In this document: piece by piece, positions 51,667 through 62,786 of the stretch
Layout: each line of letters begins with the position of its first letter
Position numbering within the stretch: the first letter of the stretch is position 1
NCBI GenBank assembly: GCA_002269645.1
Contig: NIVC01001140.1
Coordinates: forward strand, 52,242 to 116,241
Reading direction: 5' to 3'
DNA from: Macrostomum lignano
Taxonomy: Eukaryota
Length of the DNA: 64,000 bases
Program-made: the position numbers and the translations under genes
Notes under the pieces: model-generated
What the model was told of the DNA's origin: nothing
Seen by the model: the letters and a program-made list of their open reading frames with translations, nothing else
Database searches by the model: none

Positions 51667-54600
51667 TTTAACATATTTCTCATGAAATAGATAGCGTTTT
51701 TCTCGGGGTGGCCTGGTAGGTCTTTGAATCCCACCGCTGCCACCAGTGAAATAGATAGCGTTTTTCTCGGGGTGGCCTGGTAGGTCTTTGAATCCCACCG
51801 CTGCCACCAGTGTTGTACCTGTGGTTGTCCTGCTGTACAGCGCAGTGACTTGGGCTCCGTCCTCTCACTTAGAAGCCTTCTTAACTTTAGTAGCGTAGGT
51901 AGTGCTGCCACCAGTTCCTTCAGGTCCCGGCGTTGCCGCGGGAGCTCTCGGTTGACCTGAGCGCTCAGTGCCACGTTTATCTGCTGAGCGCTCTCTGCCG
52001 CAGGCGACTGCAGGCGCCGTACCGTGGTCCGATTCCCCGAGTTCGTGAGATCACTAAAGATCTCACGCTGGGCCCTGGCGATCTGGCAAGGTCCTGTACC
52101 TCGCCGGCGGGCCTCGGGCAGGGACCATCGCTCTGGCGGCGGCGAGCGTCGACGCGGTGGCTGCTCAGGCTGCGCTGGCCTGCCCAATGGCCTGCCCACA
52201 CGGGTCAGGACTGGTCGACGTGGGGCATCAGGTGGCCCGCCAAACGGCTCGTATTGGCCGGCCATGGCCCCAATTGGTCGAGCGTAGGAGGCCGGCGACT
52301 CCATCCTAGGCCGGTTGCGGCGGGAAGAGGCTCGGTCCTCTTCAGTTGGCGAGCGCTCAGTGCGCTTGAAGGATCGGCGGTGCATTTCTGCGCTGGAATG
52401 CGTTTTAATTTGCGAGCGGATGCGGGCGATGCTGCTAACATAAGTCTTGGCCCTAGGATTAATAACCAGCCTCTCAGGCTGCCTACGGTTCCTAGCCGGC
52501 CTACCGGCATCTACCGATTCTAATGACGCTTCCACCGGAGTGGTGCATAACGACGGCCCAGGGGTCTGGACCACAGCAAAAGCAGCACTGGGAGCGGGAG
52601 CAGAAACGGGAGGAAAAGAAACAGCAGGCATAGACGCATCGAGAACAGGCTTATGCAGATGGCATTCACCATACGGCACTGGCTCACGCCGAAGTGCACT
52701 TGCCTGGTTCGCTGGTGTCGTGACCGGTCCACCTCCTGGCTGCACCTCCGGGATCGCCACAGGCCGGAAGTGCCATCGGAAGGCCGGCCTTGCGTCGTAG
52801 CCGTCATCATCGTCATCGTCGGGGTCGTCCTGGTCGTCCTCGGGAATCGGCGTCAGGGTCGCGGGTCCTGCGCCGTCGGGGACGTCGGGCGGCCGCCGGC
52901 GTTTTTTTGGTTTGTCGACTTCAGGGTCCGAAGTTCTCGTGTAGTCAGCGTCAGGCACGAGCAGAAGGTTCCGGCGATGGACGACTAGTTCGTCTCGTCT
53001 AGCTCTCGGGTTGGGCAGTCTCCGTCGAATCTTGTAGACGACCTCGCCCTTGGGCTCGACGACTTCGTACAGTGCTTTGCGCGGTCGATGAAACTTCGCC
53101 GCCTCGTCCGGTTCAAGCACCGGATTGTTGAGGAAGACCAGATCACCGGGTTGAAGCTTCTTGGCGGCGGGCAGGTTCGAATAGTGCTCGTCTCGCAGTT
53201 GCTGGTGCAGATGCAGGCGCTCCTTGGCTAGCTCAGTCGCCTCGTCCAGGCGACGTTGGAAGTCCTTGACGTAGTCGGGCAGGTCGGCGTACTCGGGCAG
53301 CTTCTTCAGCGCGTTGTCGATCGGGAGTCGGAAGTCACGGCCGAACACCAGGTAGTGAGGCGTGAAGCCGGTCACCGGGTGCACGCTGGAGCGGAGAGCC
53401 ATCAGACAGGCCGGGAGGAAGGTGTCCCAGTCGTTGTGGTTGCGCTCGAGCAGACAGGTGAGGACACTCTTCAGCTGCTTGTTGAGGTTCTCGACTTGTC
53501 CATTGGAAGCTGGATTGTACGGTGTTGTTGTCGTATGCCGAATGCCAAACAGGTCGCAGAACTTCTTGAAGGCCGAGCCGGTGAAGTTGGTGCCTTGGTC
53601 GGTGTGGATCCAGCATGGTACACCGAACTCAGGGATGAAGCGCTCCTGCAGAAGCTTGATGACTGTTTTGGCTTTCTGGTTTCTCATCGGGTAGGCGAAT
53701 GGATACTTCGACGTCGCATCGCACAAGGTCAGGATGTAGCGGTTACCGCTCTTGCTCTTCTGCGCGATTGGTCCTACTACATCACAGTGGATTCTACCCA
53801 GAACTTCGCAAACTGGGAAGCTCTGGACCGGAACTCTCTCTCGCCGTCGCGATTTACTTTCAAGGCAAGTGCGGCACTTACTGATGAAGGTCTTGGTAGC
53901 ACGGGCTAATCCGGGTCTCCAGAACCGTTCTCGTAGCCGCAGTAACGTCTTCGTCTCGCCGAGGTGTCCACACAGTGGCGAACTGTGGAGCTCCTGGAGC
54001 ACCTGGGCGTCAAGGGCCTCAGGCAGAACAACCTTTGGCGGCTGCTGGCCATCGGACAGGTCAATCAGCAGCAGGCCGTTGTCCTCCTGCAGGTTCTCGT
54101 AGTATCCGAGCAGATTCCGCTGCTCCTTCGTCAGGCGCAACCGGGCGTCGAACTCAGGCTTCGGGGCTTCGTCCTTGACCAGGTTGAGCACATAGCTGAT
54201 GGCTCGGTCAGCGCGTTGGGCGTTAACGAACTGTTGGCGAGTCATCGGCAGCTTCAGAAAATCAGAGAGCACGGCGCGGCATGGCTGAGGGGTCCGGATT
54301 CCCGCAGTCTCCGCTTTAATGGCTCCAGGTCGATCACACGGCACCGTCTTGTCGGCGTCAGGATTAGGTCGCTCCGAGGGACTTTGTCTCACAACGTCGG
54401 CGTACGTCCGTTGATCTCGAATCGAAGTTCTCTTCATTGCTCTCATGACAGAAGATTCCGCAGATGGAGCAGCGCGCATGCCTCCACTGCATAGCACAGG
54501 CGACTCTTGGCTGTAGGGCGGGACGCAACACGTGAAGCACGCCTCGTCGCAGGCAGCCGTAGCCGTCGGCTCAGTCGTCGTCAAAATTGGGTGAGTCTTC

Positions 54601-57600
54601 TCCAGCACTGGGCGGTGTCGCAGAGGGGGACTCGACTTTCCGCACAGGCGATGAGCAGCTGTCTGTCGGCCCGGGGGACAGAGCTTCGACCTTGCAGCTG
54701 GCGCGAGATTCTGGCCTCTGTCAACACGGCGAGAAATCTCAGCGAAAGGCTCGGAAGGGTTGTAGTTAAATTGCTTGCCTGGAGTTGCGTGGCGGGCCGT
54801 CATCAGAAGGGCTGCTGGCGCGGTGGCCTTTGAATCTTGGTCCGTGGGCGTCTCCAGATTCCGAGACCGGAAGTCTTGGGCGTTGTCAAGGAGGTCTGCG
54901 TCAGCGGTGGCCTCTAGGACTTCGTCCAGGTTGGTCTCCAAGTTGCGGTAGGCGGCATGGGCATCGCGGCAGAGGGCTGTTGTCGCAGTGGCCTCTGAGT
55001 TGTCGTCCAGGCCGGTCTCCAGGCGTTGACTGCAGCGGTGGGCGTCGTGCTGGAAGGCTGCTGGCGCGGTGGCTTCCAGGTCTTCGTCCAGGTCAGTCTT
55101 GGCCTCCAAGCAGCGAGAGTGGACTGTCTTCTGGAGGGCTGCTTTGGCAGTGGCCTCGGGTGTCGGGTCCAAATCCGGTTCCAGGTCGTGGTCGTCACCG
55201 GGTCGGGCTGTAGAACCAGGTTGCTCTAGCAGTCGGCCATGCTCGAAGGAGATCGGCGGCGCCTCCGGTCTCTTGACAGGGCATCAGCGTTGGCGTGGTC
55301 CTTGCCTTTGCGGTGGTTGAGCTGGAAGCGGAACTCGCTTAGGCGTTCGATCCAGCGGCCTAAAATACCTGTGGCCTGAGTCTGTTCAGTAACCACAGTA
55401 AGGCCCGATGATCGGATCGAACTTCAAACTTCTTGCCAATTAAATAATGACGGAAATGTCGCATAGCGTCCACAATTGCAAGCAGCTCTTTCTTCGTGAC
55501 CGTGTAGCGCTTCTCAGGATCGCGAAGTTTACGGCTAAAGAATGCAATTGGACGTTCGACGCCGTCGGATTGCAGTTGTCCAAGACAAGCGCCTATTCGA
55601 ATATCAGAGGCATCCGTGTCGAGGACAAACTTCACAGCAGGATCAGAATTAAATTCAGGCAGAGCGAGAACTTCAGTAGAACACAATTTCTTCTTCAAAG
55701 TGTCGAACGCTACCTGATGCTCGGGAGTCCAATGCTGCCGCAGGCTGCCAATGTCCTTTCGCGTCAGGGCATGCAGCGGCGCAGCCACTCCAGCGTAGCC
55801 GTCGACAAACTTGTGGTAGTAATTGGCGAGGCCTAGGAATTGTCTCAGTTGAGTAACGGACTGTGGCACGGGCCAATCACGGATCTGCGCAATCTTGTCC
55901 TCACAGGTCTTCAGGCCGTCGGGAGTCACGACGTGACCTAAATAATGCAGCTCCTTGAGGAACAAATGACACTTCTTCGGTTTCACTTTGAGGTTGGCTG
56001 CGATGATGCGCTGGAGTACAGTTCGCAAGTTATCCAGCTGTTCCTCGAAAGTCACTGAGTGCACCACGATGTCGTCCATGTAGCCAAGCGCAGTCTTTGG
56101 CGTCAGGCCGTCCAGGAGCTTATTGATGCAACGCTGAAAGCTGCCGGGACTATCGTGGAGACCCATCGGTAGAACGTTGAAACAGAATTGGCCGCGGTCG
56201 ATTACTGAGAATGCCGTCAAGTGCTGGTCGCAGTCGCGCAGCGGGATCTGCCAGAATCCTTGAGCAAGGTCCAAGCTAGAATACCACTGAGCACCACGAA
56301 GCTTCGCGAAGGTTTCCTGGATGTGCGGGAGCGGATACGGGTGATACACACACCTGTCATTGAGAGCTCTGAAGTCGTGGACTAGTCGGATGTTGCCGTC
56401 CTTCTTGGGCACGATGAGCATTGGCGAATTGTAGCTCGAGTAGGCAGGGCGAATGATGTGCTTCGCCAGCATCTCGTCTAGCAGGGCGTCGAGTTTGTCC
56501 TTCAGATGAGGCGGGATTCGGCGCGGTGGTAGCGCGACTGGTGTCCGGTCCTTCAAGATGATCTCGTGGGTCACCAGGTGAGTCAGGCCGGCGTCTAGCG
56601 AGTGCTTGGAGAAGGCCGCTTGACATTCAACTAGTAGATCTCGCACTCTTTGATGTTGTTCTTTGGACAATTCGCTGTTGATCTCGACTTCATCTAGCCA
56701 TGCTGTGCTGGACTCTTCAGAGTTCTTCGGGAGGTGTCGCACTTCAGGTTCGGGCGTCTCGCTCAAGTACATCAGGTCGGCAGTTCGGAGTGGCGTCGCA
56801 ACGCCAACACGGATACCGGCTTGCAGGAACACCTCGCTGTCGGCGGTGTTGACGACCTCAATGTAGCCGCGACCTTCAGGCATCGTCATCAGAGCAGGCG
56901 CTGCTTCCAGAGCGTTGCAGCTGGGATGCAGCCTCGACTTAACCAGCTCGACAATTGATGGCGATCCTCGATTCTCAGGGTGGCCGTCATCCAGTCTGAC
57001 GGCAAGCAGCGCTGAACTTCTAGGCGGCAGGGTGCACTTCTCGGAGGTGTACACTCGGCAGTTCTGAAGCTCACGACGTGAATAGCGAACGGGGATGCAC
57101 GCGCCATTGTTAAACTTCAACATTCCTTGAGCGAAGTCCAAGTTCTGGCAGTGCTCTCGCATAAATGATACGCCAAGTAAATTTTCACAATCGGAGACCG
57201 TAACGAGGAATTCGGTGTCCGCGACGACATCACCGAACTCCACCGGGATGGTCACCTTACAAGCGAGCGGGAGCTGCGTCCCGTCATACATAGTTACGCA
57301 ATCGGGAATAGCATGCGATATAATACAACGAGGCATCCGGCGTCTAATAGCGGCCCAGGTTGACGAACCGAGGAAGTTTTTCCGGCTGCCGCTGTCTAGC
57401 AAGAAAGGGACTTCTCGACTCGCAACTCGACCTGTGACGTACGGATCGGCCTCACGCGCATGGATTTTTTGATTCGGGGAGGTGTCCACGAAACCTCCAC
57501 ACTCCGCGTCACTTACTGACGAGCGACTGTCGGACTGGGCATTGGCGCCTGCACCGCCGACATCCTCTTCTTCTGGTGACCTCTCGGAGTCTGCCAAGTA

Positions 57601-57681
57601 GCCTGGGCTTGGACCTCGCGGAGGGCGGTGCCGTTGTCGCTCTCCGCCTGGCCGTTTCCCTGGTTCTGGCGTATCGGGCAC
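51642..57681 (-). pseudogene. pol: Gypsy-B pol, broken by two apparent 1-nt deletions at the end of RNase H (~55385 and ~55270)
   Basis: The expected ...QATGILGRWIERLSEFRFQLNHRKGKDHANADALSR lies in a frame between ORFs 55360-57681 and 51642-55172. Confidence 0.85.
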
Positions 57682-59108
57682 TGGGTGTTGCGATGACCGG
57701 GCTGTCCGCAGCTATAGCAGATTATCGCTCTCTTTGGCGGACTGGCTACCTGCTGTTGGTCACGCTGCACCAGGTGATCAAGCATTCGCTGCTGTTTCTC
57801 AATCAAGTCGGTTAGAGTCAGCAAGGCTTGGGCGGTGACGTCGGGCTTCGGGTCGCCGTCCTCCTCCCCGTCCAACATCCTAACCGGGGGTTGAGCAGAT
57901 CGGTGCGCCAATTCTTTGGCGCCTTCTAGTCGTCGTAGCTCTCGAATCGCAGCAAGAAGATTGTTCGGGCGAACCCAGTACAGCCGTTCGCGCAGATCTG
58001 GAGTCGTCCGGATACCAGCAAGAAATTAATCAGTAATCTCCTTCTCGCGGTCTTCAGGATGCATTCGAGGATATGCACGTTCACCCAGAGTTCTCAGGGC
58101 GTCAGCGAACTCTTCTGCTGACTCATTCTTGCCTTGTTGACGACGTCGCAACAGTTCTCGATACTCATCAGCACCACCATGACGGGCAAATCGCTCAATA
58201 AGACGCTGCTTGACCTCCTCGTAGCTGGCGAAACGCGGAAGATTCATACCAAGCAAGGAAGGATACGCAGTAGCCAAATCAAGACTCGCGATGAGGTGTT
58301 GCTTCATCTCGAACGGGTCGACGATGCGCTCCATCTCGCAACGCTGCTCGAACGCGGCAAGCCAGACGTGAATGTCCTGACTTGGAGTAAACTTCACAAT
58401 TTTAACTTGTTTACTTACAGGCCGCTCCATCTGCTGCTGCAGAGCTGCCATCATGGTCCTGACGTCTTGGTGCGTGATGTTCCGGCCGATGTTGTCCAGG
58501 CCTTGCAGAAGCTCGTCTGGCGGGTCGTCGGACACGTCGCTTCTGGCACCTTGCCTCGGCGTTGGCTGCTGACCAAAGTCGTTGATCGCTGCTGCTGCTG
58601 CGGCGGCTTCTGCTGCCGCAGGCCTCGAACTGCTGATGTGCTGATCCAGCCGGCTGCTGCACCGGCTCTCGTCTCGCTCGTTGAACATGTTGAACTCGTC
58701 GTAGTCGCTGGCCGATGTCGTTCTCGAAAGAGCGGTTGGCTTGGGTGTGTCGTAGTCGGATCCCACCGCTGCGTCACCAGTGAAATAGATAGCGTTTTTC
58801 TCGGGGTGGCCTGGTAGGTCTTTGAATCCCACCGCTGCCACCAGTGAAATAGATAGCGTTTTTCTCGGGGTGGCCTGGTAGGTCTTTGAATCCCACCGCT
58901 GCCACCAGTGTTGTACCTGTGGTTGTCCTGCTGTACAGCGCAGTGACTTGGGCTCCGTCCTCTCACTTAGAAGCCTTCTTAACTTTAGTAGCGTAGGTAG
59001 TGCTGCCACCAGTTCCTTCAGGTCTCGGCCTTCGGTGAGGTGAGCTTCCCGTCGGAACGAAATAATGAAGTCAACGAACACAGCACGACGTGCAGATTTG
59101 CAGCTCAA
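57513..59108 (-). pseudogene. gag: Gypsy-B gag with an in-frame TAA at 58026-58028 and a CCHC knuckle (CYSCGQPGHRNTQC)
   Basis: ORFs 58026-59108 and 57513-57911 are in the same frame, separated by ITD*FLAGI. Confidence 0.85.
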
Positions 59109-59337
59109 CGTATAAGGCGTCTCGTCAGCAGCACCTGCCGGGCTTGGATGGTACAGGGAGGGCTGAGTTAGCCTCTCGTAGACTTGGATTGGTTTGGTCG
59201 GGTCTCAGTCGGAGCAATAGGAACAGAATCAATGTGCGCAAAGACTCGGACACTCGGGACTTAGTCACACGCGGACGTAGAACTCGAGGTTGAACAGAAG
59301 GAAGACTCCTTGACGGAAACAAGGGGGAGAGAGCTCC

Positions 59338-59590
59338 TATTTATAGCCGGGAAATTCCCACGCTCCAGACCTCGTGACTTGTTCTATTTTTAGAACTGAC
59401 GTCACTCGAGAGTCTTGGGCAGGGTACAAGCGCGCGGAAGACCTCGTGACTTGTTCTATTTTTAGAACTGACGTCACTTGAGGTCCCCGGCCAGAGTACA
59501 CGCGGCTGTGACTCAGTTGCTATTTTTAGCAACATGAGTCACTCCTCTCCTTAGAGAAGGGAAGGGTCCGAAAGCACGTGACTCACCCGG
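59338..59590 (-). promoter_or_regulatory. Gypsy-B U3 promoter/enhancer: TATA box, kB-like palindrome, repeated MEF2-, CRE- and AP-1-type motifs
   Basis: TATAAATA (59338-59345, minus); GGGAAATTCCC 59349-59359; CTATTTTTAG at 59384, 59456, 59520; TGACGTCA at 59397, 59469; TGA(C/G)TCA at 59509, 59535, 59579. Motif matches only. Confidence 0.6.
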
Positions 59591-60539
59591 TAAACAGGGC
59601 CAACGAGTGCAGTAAACATGTTTACTGCACTTTAAGACTCAAAGAACGCAAGAGCTGTCATGTGACTTGCTCACATGACAGAGGAAAACAGGATGGGAGC
59701 GAAACAGAGACAGCCCACAGTCGAGAGACTGAGGGCTGAGAACGGAGACGCAACAGGGCGGAAAGGGCCACGGGGGGGCAACAGGCAAACGAAAAAGGGA
59801 CGGGAAGCTGACCAGCGGCAGACAGCAACCCAAAGGGAGGGCAAGGGAGCGGCTGACAAGGGCGACGCCTAACAATAAACTAGCGGCTCACTACACTCAA
59901 CAACTTTAATTTCGCTGCAAGCGACTATGATGTCCAAAGCTGGCGCGTCGTCAACTTAGACAAACTCGAAACCTGTTTTGGAAAGAGATGTGCAGCGAGT
60001 GAATATCACTGCATTTAAAACTTTCTAGATACCGTATGAAGCTTACATATAGGAGCACAGCACGTACATTGCTGATCGGTTAGACCTGTTTCTTTTATTC
60101 CATTCTCTTAATGCAGTGTTCCCTAACTCCATTGATCGCTATTGATCATCTGCGCGCCTGCAGGAAATAGATCGAACAATTTTTCAGTGAGTACGATTAA
60201 ATCAAAATAAATGCTGTATACATGGACCTGCAGTGGTTCCGAAATCGAAATAAACTTCCTCAGAAGCGTTTTTTTCAGTTTGAACTGACCGCGTGCACCT
60301 GACCGACATACTCGTACTGTGCGTAACGCACACTAAATTTCTCCCCCTTCGGAATAGACTGTGAGTAAGAAAATTGATTAAAAAGAAACTCTCGAAAGAC
60401 TGAATCTGTGAATTAAATATTGAGGAAGTAAAATATTTTAATTAAATGCAAGAGCAAAAATACATGTATTTCAAAAACCCACAAGGCATATTTTTAGAAA
60501 AAGAGTTAATTTCAGACAACTGGATTCACAAATTCAGTC

Positions 60540-62640
60540 CTTGTAGATGTTCACGCCACCCTGAAGAGCAGCGCGGGGGTGTGGGCACAGCGCCAGGCGA
60601 GGGCTCGCCTCGTCTGGAGCTCTCGGTGCAGCGGTCTGCGTCTTGGGCGCCACAGCGTCGGCCAAGTTGGCTGACGACTTTGACCGCCGATCCAGGCGTA
60701 AGCGGCAGCGAGTTGCCGGCCACCCGCTGCATGCACCGTCGAGGCACCTCGAATGGCGCCTGCGTCTTGACGGCACAGACCCACCCTCGCAGCATCGAGT
60801 CGCCGACCTGGACGTTGTGCCGCGTGGCTGCACCCTTGCATGCTGCTTCATCAACGCCTTGGCGCCGGCATCCGCTTTTCTCAGCCGCTGCTCGTTGATG
60901 CCGACTCGCTGAGAGCTGGACGGGCAGCGGGGATTGCGTCGTTTGGCCGCCGACTCATCAGCAGCTCGGCTGGTGCGCGCATGATGGCCGTGTGCGGTGT
61001 ATTCCTGTAGGCCAGCTGCAGTCACTCGTCCAGAGCGGCCCTCCAGTCCAGCCGCTCCTCGATGGCTGCTCACACGACTCTGTTGATGGAGCGTGAGTCG
61101 CTCTATCATGCCGTTGGCCGGAGGTTAGTAGGGCATGATGAGGTGGTGCTTGATCCCGTAACTCGCCAGGAACCGTCCAAACTCTTTGGACGAGAAGGGC
61201 GGTCCATTATCTCTCAAGAGCTCTTGTGGGATCCCGAAGCCAGCAAACATCTCTCATAGGCGGGGTAATCAGTGCCTCGGCCGTCGTCGTCTGCATGATG
61301 CCTCTGGAAACCTCGAGTAGCGGTCCACGCACACCAGCAACATTTTGTTGTTGATGGGTCACACAAAGTCGGTGCTAATCGACAGCCAGGCTCCCGCGAG
61401 GAGGCGCGGCCCAAAGGCGATTACCGGGAGGCGTGGCCCGGAGGCTGGCGTGTGCGACTTGACGGCGTAGCTGCGGTTATATATCAGCTGACAAACTTCT
61501 CCGCTTGAGTTGCCATCCTCAGCCACCAGATCTTTATGCCGAATCTGGCGATCGTCTTCTAGGAGCCCTTGGTGATAGTGACCAGCTGGCACGACGATTC
61601 GCTGGTGCCGAATGAGGACTCCATCCACCGCGGACAGCTCCTCTTGCAGCGCGTGGAGGGACCCTATCTGGGCTCTGGAGCGATCTCAACGACCGCTTTG
61701 TGTCACCGCTACAGCCGCCCGGATGACTCTAGTCGACGCTCTTCCTGGTCAGGCGCCGCAGCGATTCCGCCACCTTGGCTAGCTGTGGCGTGAACACGGC
61801 GAGGTAATTCACGAGGCCCAGGAATGAGCGTTGGGGCTCCTTGAAGTCTTAAACGGCGGCAACCTTGCTTTCAAGCCGCATTCCCATGAAATTTTCCCAC
61901 CGAGTCTGCCAGGTGAATCGGACCTTCGAAGGCGCATGGCAGACCAGGCGGGCGTTGTCGGTGAGGTGGATGTTAGCAGGCGGTCCGTGAAGCAGCCAAA
62001 GTCGCTAAACACGCTGGCGTGCTTGAGCAGTTCTCTGACGATGTCCTCGACGTGTCCTTGGTGCACTCCGCTAGATCTCGCCGTTAGCCGTCGACGGCAG
62101 GCTCCGCATCAGCTATCTGCAGTACCTGCTGGCCGGCTGTCGGTGGTGGCCCGACCTGCAGGATGTCCATCCGAGTGGCCGTCTCCCTGTCAATTATGGT
62201 GATGCCTTTTCCTTCGACGATGTGAAACGTGGCGACTGCATGCCTGCCGGTCGAAAATGGGGACGGTCGTCGCCGTCTTGCCCAGCAGCTGCATGCCGGT
62301 CCGACCCGTACACGAACAGCCTGTCTGAGGTGGCCTACAGGCGCGGCCGCTGTCTCAGACTCTCGAACGTGGCCCGTTTGATCACATTTGAGCCGCGCCG
62401 CTGTCAATCAACACCGACAGTCTGGAGCCGTTGATCTCCTGGGTGTGCCGACTTCTCGACCCCAAATATGCCGGCGTCCGGGTCGTCCACCTTCTTGTAG
62501 CTGGTCTCGTCTTGCAGCGTCGCGACGGCGTTGGAGTCGCTCTTCGGGGCGTCCTGCCTGGACCTGCAAGCTCACGCGAAGTGGTCGAGCTTCGCGCACT
62601 TTTTGCGGCTCTTGCCCTGCGCTGCTATGCAGGTGGGGCG
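60540..62640 (-). mobile_element. Highly decayed, internally deleted Ty3/gypsy (Mag-like) remnant, Gypsy-C
   Basis: Frame-hopping remnants in canonical order: knuckle K..KCAKLDHFA*ACRS, protease INGSRLSVLIDSGA, ELLKHASVFSD, integrase HQGL...WW and FGIPQELLRDNGPPFSSKEF...ANGMIER, YRNTPH. No LTRs recognised. Confidence 0.75.
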
Positions 62641-62767
62641 CCCCGGTGTTAGGGTTTCTGTTCTCCGGTGTTTGTTTTCTCCGGCCCGGAGATCCAACAC
62701 GAAAAATCACGCGATTTTGCGATCGCCCGCACGGATATCAGGAGGTGGATGGAGAATGGTGGATGGA

Positions 62768-62786
62768 CCCTAACCCTAACCCTAAC
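62768..62786. repeat. Short interstitial telomere-like tract (CCCTAA)3
   Basis: CCCTAACCCTAACCCTAAC. Confidence 0.7.

Larger units (their letters stand above)
51683..59895 (-). mobile_element. Ty3/gypsy LTR retrotransposon Gypsy-B (8.2 kb); 5' LTR 58781-59895; 3' LTR reduced to 51683-51931; TSD CTCA
   Basis: Starts TGTAGTG and ends TATTTCA; CTCA at 51679-51682 and 59896-59899. gag, PR (LDSGS), RT (YMDD), RH (TDAS) and IN (HCDV, TDQG, VENL) are present; tRNA-Leu-type PBS. Confidence 0.92.

Noticed and set aside
51930-52450. env-like third ORF in Gypsy-B
   Set aside because: No signal peptide, transmembrane segment or separate ORF; it is an Arg/Pro-rich continuation of pol.
60534-61109. Tyrosine recombinase / DIRS reading of the 191-aa ORF
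   Set aside because: Neighbouring frames give clear DDE-integrase motifs (RDNGPPF, ANGMIER, YRNTPH); the ORF is an off-frame read of a decayed gypsy integrase.
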